Shown: piece after piece, positions 19,569 through 29,354 of the stretch | How the letters are laid out: each line of letters starts with the position of its first letter | Position numbering within the stretch: the stretch's first letter is position 1 | NCBI GenBank assembly: GCA_024233435.1 | Contig: JACKPQ010000001.1 | Location: forward strand, 260,829 to 324,828 | Direction of reading: 5' to 3' | DNA from: Chlamydiales bacterium | GTDB lineage: Bacteria; Chlamydiota; Chlamydiia; Chlamydiales; JACKPQ01 | DNA length: 64,000 nt | The notes under the pieces: generated by a model | The model's database searches: none | Told to the model about the DNA's origin: nothing | Seen by the model: the letters and a program-made list of their open reading frames with translations, nothing else | Translations under genes and position numbers: made by a program

Positions 19569-19589
19569 AAGCCCCTTAAATAGGGGCTT
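19569..19589 (-). terminator. Hairpin downstream of pnp
   Basis: aagcccct (19569-19576) pairs with aggggctt (19582-19589), with a 5-nt loop. No U-tract. Confidence 0.35.
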
Positions 19590-19594
19590 AATAA

Positions 19595-21844
19595 TTAGCG
19601 CTTTAGAGGTGGCGGAGCTATGATGTTGAGGGGAGTGGGCTTACGATCTCCACCTCTATCATCTGAACGGTTGCCGCCATCTCTGCGAGGGGGGCGAGAA
19701 TTGCGATCACGCGGTGGGCGTGGCGCTCTTTCTTGCTCTACATAGCCCTCAGGCTTAGGCAGCAGCACCTTGCGAGATAGACGCACGCCACGGTCTGTTT
19801 TTTCAACGTATTTCACTTCGAGCATTTCGCCTACTTTGTAGTGATCTTGGACGTTGTCGATTCTCTCGTAAGAAAGCTCGGAAACGTGACACAAGCCTTC
19901 TTGGCTATAGATTTGAACGAAGACGCCAAAGTCAGTTACAGAAGTGATCTTGCCTGTGTAGACTTTACCAACTTCTGGCTCAGCAGTGAGGTTATGGATC
20001 ATCTCTTTGGCTTTTTCCATGCCTTCTGCACTTGTGCAGGTGATGCTGACAAGGCCATCGTCATCGATATTGATTTCAGCGCCAGAGGTTTCGGTGATCT
20101 CACGGATCATTTTGCCTCCTGGGCCGATGACGGTTCCAATCTTGCTTGGAGCTACTTTAACAGTTTCAATACGCGGGGCGTATTTAGATAGACTCTCTGA
20201 AGCAATTGGGCAAGCATGAAGCATCTTGTTTAAGATGTGAATGCGACCCTCTTTAGCCTGCATCAAAGCCGTTTGCATGATTTTAGGGGTGATTCCTTCT
20301 ATTTTGATATCAAGTTGGAAGGCTGTGATTCCTTTTTCATCGCCAGCAATCTTAAAGTCCATATCTCCGAGGGCATCTTCCATTCCAAGGATATCGGATA
20401 GCACGGCAAAGCGCTCGTGGCTGTCCAAAATCAGTCCCATGGCAATTCCTGCTACAGGTCGTTTGATGGGCACACCAGCTCGCATTAGGGCGATACATCC
20501 ACCGCAAATAGAGGCCATTGATGAAGATCCATTTGACTCGGTGATGTTTGATTCTACACGGATTGTGTAGGGGAAGACTTCGCGTGAAGGGATCAACGGA
20601 GCAAGAGCGCGCTCAGCAAGCTTGCCATGCCCAACCTCTCGACGTCCGGGAGCGCCCATGCGGCCTACCTCTCCAACGGAGAACGGAGGGAATGAATATT
20701 GCAGGTAGAAATGTTGCTCGCCTTCTTCTTCAAGGTGTTCAAAACGTTGGGCCATATTGCCACCGCCGAGTGTACAGACGGCAATCGTTTGCGTTTCGCC
20801 TCTAGTAAATAGAGCACTGCCGTGAGTACGCGGTAGGAGATCGAGTTCGATGTCGATGGGGCGAATCTCTTCAGAGTTGCGGCCATCAGCGCGGACTTTG
20901 TCGGTTAAGATCATGTTGCGCATTTTTGATGCGACATATTTCTTAAAGGAGATGTTTGCATCCACTTTATTGAATTTTGCAACTTCACCTTCTGGAAAAA
21001 GCTGCGCCATTACATCTTCTTTGACTGCAGCAATGGACTCATCGCGCAAAGCTTTTTGCTTGATGCGCACATGTTCATCAATTCTGCCGCCGCAAATTTT
21101 TTCAATCTCTGCGTGTAGCTCTTTTGGTGGAATGCGGAAGATATCGCGCATTTTTGGCTTGCCAAGCACTTTTTGCCAGTCAGCAAGTTTTTCGCAGATG
21201 GTGCGAATGGCTTTTTGACCTTCATTGACAGCCTCTAGGACTTGCTCTTCTGTTAAAAAGTCGCAAAATCCTTCGATCATTAAAATCGCATCTTCAGTTC
21301 CTGCGATTAACAGATCGAGTTTTGACTCTTTCAGTTCAGTCACTGTTGGGTTAATCACAAAATTGTCATTGATCATACCAACGCGTACTGCACCTACGGG
21401 CTTAATGAGTGGAATTTCTGATAGCACAAGCGCTGCTGAAGCTGCGCAAATAGCTAGGGGTTCTGGAGCGTGCTCGTTGTCGTAGGATAGTACATAGGCC
21501 AGCACTTGTGTTTCGTTGTAATAGCCCTCTTCAAACATTGGGCGTAGAGGGCGGTCGATCAAGCGGCTCACTAAGATCTCGCGCTCTTTTGGTCTCCCTT
21601 CTCGTTTAATGAAGCCGCCGAGAGTTTTGCCAGCAGCTGAAAATTTTTCTGTATAGTCGACACGAAGAGGTAGGAAGTCGATGTCATCGCTACCTGTGGG
21701 GTTTGCACAGGCTGTGCCCATGACGATTGTTTCGCCGCAACGCACGAGGACGCATCCTCCAGCTTGGCGAGCGATTTTGCCAGTTTCGAAAGTCATTTCA
21801 CGGCCAGCAATTGTGACCGAAAGTGTTTCGCGTTTTAGTTCCAT
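19595..21844 (-). CDS. pnp: Polyribonucleotide nucleotidyltransferase (PNPase) with an Arg-rich C-terminal tail
   Basis: Two RNase PH domains plus KH and S1 domains. ATG 21844 follows AAAGGAAA (the ORF opens at TTG 21877). The tail reads RAPRPPRDRNSRPPRRDGGNRSDDRGGDRKP. Confidence 0.95.
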   Translation of the reverse strand: MELKRETLSVTIAGREMTFETGKIARQAGGCVLVRCGETIVMGTACANPTGSDDIDFLPLRVDYTEKFSAAGKTLGGFIKREGRPKEREILVSRLIDRPLRPMFEEGYYNETQVLAYVLSYDNEHAPEPLAICAASAALVLSEIPLIKPVGAVRVGMINDNFVINPTVTELKESKLDLLIAGTEDAILMIEGFCDFLTEEQVLEAVNEGQKAIRTICEKLADWQKVLGKPKMRDIFRIPPKELHAEIEKICGGRIDEHVRIKQKALRDESIAAVKEDVMAQLFPEGEVAKFNKVDANISFKKYVASKMRNMILTDKVRADGRNSEEIRPIDIELDLLPRTHGSALFTRGETQTIAVCTLGGGNMAQRFEHLEEEGEQHFYLQYSFPPFSVGEVGRMGAPGRREVGHGKLAERALAPLIPSREVFPYTIRVESNITESNGSSSMASICGGCIALMRAGVPIKRPVAGIAMGLILDSHERFAVLSDILGMEDALGDMDFKIAGDEKGITAFQLDIKIEGITPKIMQTALMQAKEGRIHILNKMLHACPIASESLSKYAPRIETVKVAPSKIGTVIGPGGKMIREITETSGAEINIDDDGLVSITCTSAEGMEKAKEMIHNLTAEPEVGKVYTGKITSVTDFGVFVQIYSQEGLCHVSELSYERIDNVQDHYKVGEMLEVKYVEKTDRGVRLSRKVLLPKPEGYVEQERAPRPPRDRNSRPPRRDGGNRSDDRGGDRKPTPLNIIAPPPLKR

Positions 21845-22019
21845 TTGATTTCCTTTATGGTTTATGGTGGTAGGCAATCAAATTTTTATCCCTATGATCT
21901 GATCTAATCAAGCTTAAAGCAGGTCATAGACATAAATTCCGATTGCCTAAAGAGTCGATTCTATCAAATGGTCCTTTTCAAGGCAACCCAACTGATATGA
22001 ATAAGTCAAAAATTAATAG

Positions 22020-22049
22020 AAAAAAGCCTTCCGAAGAGGAAGGCTTTTT
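22020..22049 (-). terminator. rpsO terminator / pnp attenuator hairpin
   Basis: agccttcc (22025-22032) pairs with ggaaggct (22038-22045). It is flanked by A6 and T5 runs, so it gives a U-tract on either strand. Confidence 0.6.
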
Positions 22050-22055
22050 AGAAAA

Positions 22056-22325
22056 TTACTTACGGAGTTTGAGGCGCTTGACCAGAGTTTGGTAGCGCTT
22101 AGTGTCTGTTGAGTTAAGATAGTCTAGTAGCTTGCGGCGCTGCCCAACCAGTTTGAGGAGAGCTAGACGTGAGCGGTGATCTTTCGGTGATAGTTTTAGG
22201 TGATCTGTGAGTTCAGTGATGCGCTCTGTTAAAATTGCAATCTGGACGTCTGCAGAACCTGTATCTTTTTCATGTAGTTGAAACTTTTTTGTAATTTCTT
22301 CTTTTGTACCTTTGTCTAAAGACAT
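22056..22325 (-). CDS. rpsO: 30S ribosomal protein S15
   Basis: [36 protein letters not shown]...HLK..PKDHRSR is the classic S15 sequence. rpsO-pnp linkage supports the call. Confidence 0.95.
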   Translation of the reverse strand: MSLDKGTKEEITKKFQLHEKDTGSADVQIAILTERITELTDHLKLSPKDHRSRLALLKLVGQRRKLLDYLNSTDTKRYQTLVKRLKLRK

Positions 22326-22431
22326 GGGGCTCTCCAATTTTTACGTATTTGTTTTACCTATGCTATCCATTGTATCACGTGGGGGTAATTCGATCAAGCC
22401 AACAATTATTTGTTTGTGTTAGGATGGTTGT

Positions 22432-22950
22432 ATGAGATTTATGAAAAGAGCTTTAGAGCTCGCTCAAATAGCTTTTAATGAGGGCGAGGTTCCTGTTGGC
22501 GCTGTGATTGTCTGTGATGAGTTGATTGTTGCAGAAGGGTATAACCAAACAGAATTTTTACTTGATCCTACCGCACATGCCGAGGTATTGGCGATTCGAG
22601 AGGCTTGCGATCTGCTGGGCAATTGGCGTTTGAGCAATTGCACCTTGTATACAACACTAGAGCCTTGCGCGATGTGCGCAGGTGCCATTTTGCAGGCGCG
22701 GTTAAAAAAAGTTGTATGGGCAGCCCCCGATATTCGATGTGGCGGTGGCGGAAGCTGGATCAATGTCTTAGATGGGGGATTTGAGATCCACAAAGTCGAG
22801 ATTGAAAAGGGCCTTTTAGCTGATGAGGCTTCACAGCTAATGAAAAATTTCTTTAAGGAGCGACGCAATGCTAGAGGAGATGATCGAGCAGCAAAGAGCC
22901 AAGCTGTTGAAATTGGGGCGGGAAATTATCCCTCATTTGACAAGCGATGA
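22432..22950 (+). CDS. tadA: tRNA-specific adenosine deaminase
   Basis: HAEVLAIREA and PCAMCAGA zinc-binding CDA motifs. Confidence 0.9.
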   Translation: MRFMKRALELAQIAFNEGEVPVGAVIVCDELIVAEGYNQTEFLLDPTAHAEVLAIREACDLLGNWRLSNCTLYTTLEPCAMCAGAILQARLKKVVWAAPDIRCGGGGSWINVLDGGFEIHKVEIEKGLLADEASQLMKNFFKERRNARGDDRAAKSQAVEIGAGNYPSFDKR

Positions 22951-23059
22951 CATTTTGCAACCGAATGACTTTCCAGAGCTGGAAAATCATCCGGTCTTTC
23001 GTTACGAAGAGGGCATTTTAGCTGGTTTGCTCGCGGCTCAGTTAGGGCTTGTCCGATAA
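22868..23059 (+). CDS. Small hypothetical protein, 63 aa, overlapping the tadA 3' end out of frame
   Basis: The ORF MLEEMIEQQRAKLLKLGREIIPHLTSDDILQPNDFPELENHPVFRYEEGILAGLLAAQLGLVR has a protein-like, non-low-complexity composition. No motif recognised. Confidence 0.45.
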   Translation: MLEEMIEQQRAKLLKLGREIIPHLTSDDILQPNDFPELENHPVFRYEEGILAGLLAAQLGLVR

Positions 23060-24042
23060 AAAGTGGTTTTGATCATCGCGTGATCTGAGATGTCGTTGTA
23101 ATTGGCAAACTCACTCACTTTTTCTGTAACCATCTTATGAGAGCCTGGTAAGCTGACGATGTTGTCAACGGCTTCTGGATCTTCACCAATATCTTGCTGG
23201 GTGTAATCACTTGGGCATAATTGGCGCGGGCTTTTATCTCCAGCACGATAAAATCCATCTTGCAACGCAGGGTTATCGGGGTGAAGGATACTCATTTCAC
23301 CATTTACGAACGTGTCGTCTGGATTTGTGCGATCGACGTTGAGATCACCACCAAAGGCGTTGATTTCGGCCGGTTCGGTAGCGTTTAGCTCTTCGAGCTT
23401 AGCAATGATTTCGCGCGCTTGTAGGTCTCGAATTTGAGCAGATGTCAAAGTCGCGCCCTCTCGAGACACTTCCTGCTCTTTGGTGGCTTTTCCTGATTGC
23501 AGGTGCGTGTTGGCAATACGCATGATTAATTTATCGTTGTCATCGCGGATTGAGAGAATTCCAAAGCCCTTATAGACGTATTTTCTGTCTGCGCCTCCAT
23601 CGATTGTGAACGGATGCATTTCAAAAGAGGTGTTTTTATAGCGTGTAGCTACTAGAAGGCCTGATCCGAGCACTTTTTGACCACGGAGTGTGTGGGTGTA
23701 GAAGGTGGAAAATTGATCGTTCAGCCCGTTGATGATGGTCTCATCGATCTGGTTGCCCTCATCGTGAACTTCTTGAAGGAGAAGGATGTCGGGTTGCTCT
23801 CTCCTGATGGCATTAAAAATTTTACTAATACGGCTATCTGCGTCTTGGACAGGATCTAGGAAATGGGGGCGTTTTTCTCGATCTGTTTGCTGTTTAGGAA
23901 AGCCCAAGATGTTGAAGGATAAGATTTTTGTATTGTCTTCAATGACAATGCTTTGCGCGGATCCCTCATGTGTTTGAAACGGGGCCACTGACGCCAGGGA
24001 GATTATTAAACCTAATAAAGCATGCTTGAGAATTGTAAACAT
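23038..24042 (-). CDS. Exported endonuclease/exonuclease/phosphatase (EEP) family protein
   Basis: Signal peptide MFTILKHALLGLIISLASVAPFQ. EEP catalytic motifs SFNILG, LLLQEV, NTHLQSG, GGDLNVD and SDHAMI. Confidence 0.8.
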   Translation of the reverse strand: MFTILKHALLGLIISLASVAPFQTHEGSAQSIVIEDNTKILSFNILGFPKQQTDREKRPHFLDPVQDADSRISKIFNAIRREQPDILLLQEVHDEGNQIDETIINGLNDQFSTFYTHTLRGQKVLGSGLLVATRYKNTSFEMHPFTIDGGADRKYVYKGFGILSIRDDNDKLIMRIANTHLQSGKATKEQEVSREGATLTSAQIRDLQAREIIAKLEELNATEPAEINAFGGDLNVDRTNPDDTFVNGEMSILHPDNPALQDGFYRAGDKSPRQLCPSDYTQQDIGEDPEAVDNIVSLPGSHKMVTEKVSEFANYNDISDHAMIKTTFYRTSPN

Positions 24043-24073
24043 GCAAGTAGTTTAGCATAAGCAGATAAAGATG

Positions 24074-24280
24074 TCAAGTCTTTTCTGGAGCAGGGTGGGA
24101 GCCGCTTAGAGCTCGGTCACAGGTTTCGCAGGCCACGTAGCCTAAAACGACGGTGACTACCGTATAGACGGCCTTAACCAATGGTGATTGAGTTGTGACG
24201 GCTGTGTAGAGGGTAGCGCTTGCAACACCTGTACAAGTGATGGCTTGCGCATAGCCCAATGCTCTATCAAGGGATGTCAT
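24074..24280 (-). CDS. Small membrane protein, 68 aa, with a bilobed hydrophobic segment
   Basis: ATG 24280 is preceded by GAGG 6 nt upstream. The sequence is MTSLDRALGYAQAITCTGVASATLYTAVTTQSPLVKAVYTVVTVVLGYVACETC.... The longer ORF-track version overlaps the rhomboid-like gene. Confidence 0.4.
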   Translation of the reverse strand: MTSLDRALGYAQAITCTGVASATLYTAVTTQSPLVKAVYTVVTVVLGYVACETCDRALSGSHPAPEKT

Positions 24281-24986
24281 TGTAAACCTCAAAGTTGTAG
24301 ATTTTTGTTTTTTTGCCACGAAGGCGATGAAGAAAGCGCTCAAAAGAGCGCAACCGAGCAAAGGGAGAATGAGTCTCCCAGGCGATGATCGCATACAGGT
24401 AGCCAAAAAGGATGGCCGTGAGACTGGCGATAAATTGTAGGTAAAGACCCGCGGCGACATCTAGGTAGAGTGTAACGGCAGCAGCTCCGAGTATGACCCA
24501 TTTGATGGGCATGGGGATGGCAAAAAACACGAGGACGCGCCCATGCTGGTTAGCGAGCATCCAGCCTATGAGAAGCCCGTAGAGGGCTGGTGTCCAGCCG
24601 GCTAGATGTCCAGTAGTATGCGTAAAGGTCAGCGTTAGAGCGGCGCAAGCTCCTCCAAAGACTCCACTGCCAAGGAATAGGAGCCAAAAATCTCGAAGAG
24701 ATTTTTGATGTGTGAGAGTTTTACCAATGGTCCAAAGGAGGTAAAGGGTAAATCCTGTATTGAAAAGAAACATGAGAGAGGCATCTGCGTCGGGGGTTGG
24801 TAGAAGAATATAGGTTGCAATTTGCCAAATAAAATATTTGTGCATACCCCAGTCGGATAGCCCAAGCCACATGTGTGGGTCATACCACTTTAGCCAGGTG
24901 GGAATAGGGCCTTTGAATATAAGCGAGATGGCCGTTGTCGCTGCTAAAATGATCAATAAATATTTGACCGATCGCTCTTTCATCAT
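24267..24986 (-). CDS. Rhomboid-like polytopic membrane protein, possibly catalytically inactive
   Basis: 6-7 TM with rhomboid-like spacing (FLFNTGFTLYLLW ... GSGVFGG ... HLAGWTPALYGLLIGW ... FIASLTAILFGY). In my by-eye alignment the GxSG Ser and the TM6 His are replaced. Confidence 0.6.
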   Translation of the reverse strand: MMKERSVKYLLIILAATTAISLIFKGPIPTWLKWYDPHMWLGLSDWGMHKYFIWQIATYILLPTPDADASLMFLFNTGFTLYLLWTIGKTLTHQKSLRDFWLLFLGSGVFGGACAALTLTFTHTTGHLAGWTPALYGLLIGWMLANQHGRVLVFFAIPMPIKWVILGAAAVTLYLDVAAGLYLQFIASLTAILFGYLYAIIAWETHSPFARLRSFERFLHRLRGKKTKIYNFEVYNDIP

Positions 24987-25062
24987 GCCCCTTGCGTTTA
25001 ATTAAATTTCTCGATAATCTTAAGTGTTTAGTAGTACAGTTGTCAACACATCAGGAGAAACA

Positions 25063-25416
25063 ATGAAAAAAGAAGGCCATCCCCCATACCAAGACGTCTT
25101 ATTCGTCGATACGGCGACAGGCACCAAATTTGTATGCGGCACAACCTTGCAGCCTAAAGAAACAGAAGTTTTTGAAGGTAACGAGTACCCCGTCTACCGC
25201 GTGCCGATTTCATCTGCATCGCACCCTTTCTTTACTGGAAGTCAGCAGTTTGTCGACACCGAAGGACGCGTCGATAAGTTCCGCAATCGTTATACAGCGA
25301 AAAAACCTGCTGCTCCTAAAGTAGAAGAGCCGAAAGAAGATAAAAAAGTCGCAGTTAAGGCAAAGAAAGCGCCTGCTAAAAAAGTAGCCGTCAAGAAAAA
25401 GCCAAGTGATTCGTGA
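25063..25416 (+). CDS. rpmE: 50S ribosomal protein L31 (no Zn ribbon) with a Lys/Ala-rich tail
   Basis: [28 protein letters not shown]...HPFFTG. AGGAGA precedes ATG 25063. The tail is [35 protein letters not shown]. Confidence 0.9.
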   Translation: MKKEGHPPYQDVLFVDTATGTKFVCGTTLQPKETEVFEGNEYPVYRVPISSASHPFFTGSQQFVDTEGRVDKFRNRYTAKKPAAPKVEEPKEDKKVAVKAKKAPAKKVAVKKKPSDS

Positions 25417-26477
25417 AAGATAAGGTAGATGCGCTTCTTGCGCGTTTTAACGAGATTGAAAGTGCTCTTGGTGATCCTGGGGCGCTTTCTGATCAAAAGC
25501 GATATAAAGAGTTAACCCAAGAGCACTCCTACCTATCTAATGTTAAAGATGTCCATGATAAGCTGAAGAAGGCGAAGGAGCAGCTTGCTGAAAATCGTGA
25601 GTTGCTAAAATCAGAATCTGATGAAGAGTTTCAGGGCATTATCAAAGATGAAATTGAAGTTTTAGAGACGCTTGTTCCTAAACTTGAACAAGAACTCGAA
25701 AGTCTACTTGTTCCGCCAGATCCCCATGATAATAACAATGTGATTTTAGAAATCCGTGCCGGTACCGGTGGCGATGAAGCGGCTTTGTTTGTAGGGGATT
25801 GCGCGCGCATGTACCGCTTATATGCAGACAAAAAGGGATGGAAATCTGAATTGCTGTCAGCATCCCACTCAGAGCAGGGTGGATATAAGGATTTTAGCGT
25901 TGTACTCTCAGGGCCTAACGTGTATCGATTAATGCGATTTGAGGCTGGTACACACAGAGTTCAGCGCGTTCCTGACACCGAGACTCAAGGACGTGTGCAC
26001 ACTTCAGCGATTACTGTGGCTGTATTGATGGAGCCTGACGAGGAAGAAGAAATTGATATTGATGAGAGTGATCTAAAAATCGATACCTATCGCGCTTCTG
26101 GGGCAGGTGGCCAACACGTTAATACTACAGATTCTGCAGTACGTATTACACATATCCCTACAGGAGTTGTTGTCTACTCACAAGAGGAGCGCTCGCAGCA
26201 TAAAAATAAAGCGAAATGCTTGCGCCTACTCAAGGCTAAAATTGCTGATGAACAGAGGCGCAAATCAGAGGCGAAAATGTCTTCTGAGCGTCTATCGCAA
26301 ATCGGCACTGGAGATCGATCGGAGCGCATTCGCACTTATAATTACCCTCAAAACCGTGTGACTGATCACCGCATCAACAAAACCCTTTATAAGCTCGACC
26401 AGGTGATGGAAGGGGATCTAGATGAATTCACTGAGGCCTTAGTCGCGGAAAACTATGCCAGACAGCTTGCCAACTGA
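25413..26477 (+). CDS. prfA: Peptide chain release factor 1
   Basis: [23 protein letters not shown] (GGQ motif). [18 protein letters not shown] places the codon-recognition tripeptide where RF1 has it. GTGA overlap with rpmE. Confidence 0.95.
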   Translation: MKDKVDALLARFNEIESALGDPGALSDQKRYKELTQEHSYLSNVKDVHDKLKKAKEQLAENRELLKSESDEEFQGIIKDEIEVLETLVPKLEQELESLLVPPDPHDNNNVILEIRAGTGGDEAALFVGDCARMYRLYADKKGWKSELLSASHSEQGGYKDFSVVLSGPNVYRLMRFEAGTHRVQRVPDTETQGRVHTSAITVAVLMEPDEEEEIDIDESDLKIDTYRASGAGGQHVNTTDSAVRITHIPTGVVVYSQEERSQHKNKAKCLRLLKAKIADEQRRKSEAKMSSERLSQIGTGDRSERIRTYNYPQNRVTDHRINKTLYKLDQVMEGDLDEFTEALVAENYARQLAN

Positions 26478-27063
26478 GATTGATTTCCTAGACTGCCGCA
26501 TTCGGTGGAATAATTCAACGTTGCTGCCTCGTGTAGAGACAGAATTTTTGCCCGAGCATGCTCTGCCCTATTTAGAAGCTGGGAAAGTTGCGTGGGATAT
26601 TTGTTGTGGCACCGGGTGTATCGGGCTTGCAATTAAAAAACTCATGCCAAGTCTTCATGTGACATTATCAGATATTGAGCCTCGGGCTGCTGCGTTGGCA
26701 AAAAGCAATGCTCAGCTGAATAATCTCGATGTTACGGTTCTATGCGGAGATCTTTTTGAGCCCTTCATTGGTCGCTGTGATTATCTTTTTTGCAATCCTC
26801 CGTATGTGACTGAATTGGAATATGGCGCATTAGAGCCAAGCGTTTTGAGTAACGAGCCAAAACTAGCATTGGTTTCAGGGCCGAGCGGACTGGAGTTTTA
26901 CAAGCGGATTCAAAAAGAAATGGGGCCGTATTTGAATCAAAATGCAAAATTATTTTTTGAGATTGGCACAGGTCAAGGGCCTGCTCTTCAAAAGATTTTT
27001 GGCAGCGGACAGGTGATTCAAGATTTAGCTGGTCATGATCGTTATTTCATTCTTGTAACCTAG
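26455..27063 (+). CDS. prmC: Release-factor glutamine N5-methyltransferase, short form
   Basis: SAM motif [10 protein letters not shown] and catalytic NPPY (LFCNPPYV). Only 202 aa. The start lies inside the prfA 3' end. Confidence 0.8.
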   Translation: MPDSLPTEIDFLDCRIRWNNSTLLPRVETEFLPEHALPYLEAGKVAWDICCGTGCIGLAIKKLMPSLHVTLSDIEPRAAALAKSNAQLNNLDVTVLCGDLFEPFIGRCDYLFCNPPYVTELEYGALEPSVLSNEPKLALVSGPSGLEFYKRIQKEMGPYLNQNAKLFFEIGTGQGPALQKIFGSGQVIQDLAGHDRYFILVT

Positions 27064-27088
27064 AATGTAGTATGCTATACTGGTGCAG

Positions 27089-28381
27089 ATGTTTGGTAAG
27101 TTAACTGAAAAGTTTAGTGATCTCTGCGCTTCCTTGCGTGGCAAGAAGCATTTAAGCGAAGATAATATCGCCGATGCTGTGCGTCAGGTGCGCCTGGCTT
27201 TGCTCGATGGCGATGTCAGCTACAAGGTTGTGTCGCGCTTTGTCGCTCGCGTAAAGGAAAAAGCATTAGGCGCCAACGTGTTGAAAAGCGTTGATCCAGG
27301 CGAGCAGTTCATCAAGCTTGTTCACGACGAGCTCGTTGAGCTGATGGGAAAAGATGAGGCGAGTTTGCGTTTAAATGGCAAGCCGTCGGTGATCATGGTT
27401 TGTGGGTTGCAAGGATCTGGTAAGACAACCACTTGCGCTAAGCTTGCAAATTATTTGAAGAAGCAGGGCAAGAGCGTGGCAATTGCAGCGCTTGATTTGC
27501 AAAGGCCTGCGGCGATTGATCAACTCGAGACGCTAGGTAAACAGGTTGGTGTCAACGTGATTGCAATGCGAGATAGCGATCCGGTCACCGTAGCTAAACA
27601 GGCGATGAAAACAGATTGCGATGTGCTGATCTGTGATACAGCTGGGAGATTGCACATTGATGAAAAATTGATGGCTGAGCTCAAGGCTGTCAAAGAGGTG
27701 TTAAAGCCTCATGAAGTGCTCTTTGTTGCGAGTGCTGCCATTGGGCAGGATGCTGTGAAAACAGCCAGCGAATTTGATGAGCAAATTGGAATGACGGGTT
27801 CGATTTTGACAATGCTCGATGGCAATGCCAGAGCAGGTGCTGCGATCTCAATTTTGGATGTCACTGGCAAACCTCTTAAATTTGAGGGCGTTGGTGAAAA
27901 GATTGATGATCTGCAACTATTCAATCCGCAGTCAATGGCTGATCGGATTTTAGGGTTTGGCGATGTGATCAACTTGGTCAAAAAAGCTGAAGCGCACATT
28001 GATGAGAAGCAAGCCAAAGAGCTTGAAGCGAAAATGAAAAAGGCCTCATTTACGTATGAGGACTACTTGTCGCAAATGAAAATGATGCGAAAAATGGGCT
28101 CACTTAAAGGTCTGTTGAGCATGATGCCTGGAGCATCGAAGCTCGGCGATTTGGATTTGCCTGAGAAAGAGATGCAACGCGTCGGCGCAATCATTGAGTC
28201 GATGACGCCGAAAGAGAGAACGGGAATTGATGAGCTGCTGCCGCCGAGAAGGTTGCGTATTGCAAAAGGAAGTGGCACAAATATTGACCAAGTGAATAAA
28301 CTGGTGAAGAGTCATAAACAAATGAAAAGCCTGATGAAAAAAACGAAAGGCATGAAAAATCTAATGAAGATGGTGAAGTAG
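27089..28381 (+). CDS. ffh: Signal recognition particle protein
   Basis: GLQGSGKTTT, DTAGR and the Met-rich M domain. First ATG at 27089 (the ORF opens at GTG 27083). Confidence 0.95.
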   Translation: MFGKLTEKFSDLCASLRGKKHLSEDNIADAVRQVRLALLDGDVSYKVVSRFVARVKEKALGANVLKSVDPGEQFIKLVHDELVELMGKDEASLRLNGKPSVIMVCGLQGSGKTTTCAKLANYLKKQGKSVAIAALDLQRPAAIDQLETLGKQVGVNVIAMRDSDPVTVAKQAMKTDCDVLICDTAGRLHIDEKLMAELKAVKEVLKPHEVLFVASAAIGQDAVKTASEFDEQIGMTGSILTMLDGNARAGAAISILDVTGKPLKFEGVGEKIDDLQLFNPQSMADRILGFGDVINLVKKAEAHIDEKQAKELEAKMKKASFTYEDYLSQMKMMRKMGSLKGLLSMMPGASKLGDLDLPEKEMQRVGAIIESMTPKERTGIDELLPPRRLRIAKGSGTNIDQVNKLVKSHKQMKSLMKKTKGMKNLMKMVK

Positions 28382-28389
28382 GAGAAACA

Positions 28390-28665
28390 ATGTTAAAAAT
28401 TCGTCTTAGACAACAAGGTGCGCGCAATAGCAAAACGTACCGACTCGTGGTCACAGATGCGAAGAAGCCACGTGGTGGCGCTTACATCGAGTGCGTAGGT
28501 TCATATGCACCACAGTCAAAAGAAGAGAAAAATGCTGAGCTAAATGAAGAGCGTCTTTGCCACTGGATTGGCCAAGGGGCTGAGCTAACAGAAAGTGCTG
28601 AATCGCTTGTGAAGCGCTATGCACCTGCTGCGTATAAATTACGCCGCGAGCAAAAGGCTAAGTAA
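28390..28665 (+). CDS. rpsP: 30S ribosomal protein S16
   Basis: MLKIRLRQQGARNSKTYRLVVTDAKKPRGG is the canonical S16 N-terminus. Confidence 0.95.
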   Translation: MLKIRLRQQGARNSKTYRLVVTDAKKPRGGAYIECVGSYAPQSKEEKNAELNEERLCHWIGQGAELTESAESLVKRYAPAAYKLRREQKAK

Positions 28666-28670
28666 ACGGT

Positions 28671-29354
28671 TTGGATATCGACATTTTGTCGCTTTTTCCT
28701 GAGTACTTTGAAAGCCCGCTCAGCGTAAGCATGCTCAAGCGGGCAAGAGAAAAGGGACTTGTAAACATTGCGTGTGTTAACATCCGCGATTTTGCAACCG
28801 ATAAGCACAAGACAGTCGATGATCGCCCGTATGGGGGAGGCCCTGGCATGCTTTTAAAAGCAGAGCCGGTGGTTAAAGCCATTCGGTCGAGGAGAAGAGA
28901 GGGCACCCATGTTGTCTATCTTTCTCCACAAGGCAAGGCGCTCAATGCAAACAAGTGCCAAGAGCTTGCTAAGTGCAAGCACTTAGTGTTGCTATGTGGC
29001 CATTATGAGGGCGTTGATGAAAGAGCGATTGCCGCTGAGGTTGACGAAGAGATTAGCATTGGCGACTATGTCCTGACAAGCGGGATGCCGGCAGCAAATG
29101 TGGTCATTGATGCTACTGTGAGGTTTATACCTGGAGTGCTTGGCCACGAAGAGTCGGCAAGGTGTGACACATTTGGCGAGGTGGGTTTTGACAGCCCCCA
29201 CTACACACGCCCTGAAGAATTTGAAGCTGTCAAAGTGCCCGAGGTGCTTCTCGGTGGCAACCACGCCCAAATTGAAGCGTGGAGAAAAGAGCAAGGATTA
29301 AACAAAATGTCGCAAGTGAGGCCGGACCTGCTTGCAAAGGAGAAACAAACATGA
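28671..29354 (+). CDS. trmD: tRNA (guanine37-N1)-methyltransferase
   Basis: [18 protein letters not shown] and [10 protein letters not shown] motifs. TTG start. Confidence 0.9.
   Translation: MDIDILSLFPEYFESPLSVSMLKRAREKGLVNIACVNIRDFATDKHKTVDDRPYGGGPGMLLKAEPVVKAIRSRRREGTHVVYLSPQGKALNANKCQELAKCKHLVLLCGHYEGVDERAIAAEVDEEISIGDYVLTSGMPAANVVIDATVRFIPGVLGHEESARCDTFGEVGFDSPHYTRPEEFEAVKVPEVLLGGNHAQIEAWRKEQGLNKMSQVRPDLLAKEKQT

Noticed and set aside
24281-24460. A longer 128-aa version of the small membrane ORF.
   Set aside because: The extra 60 codons overlap the rhomboid-like gene out of frame. The internal ATG 24280 has a GAGG SD at proper spacing.
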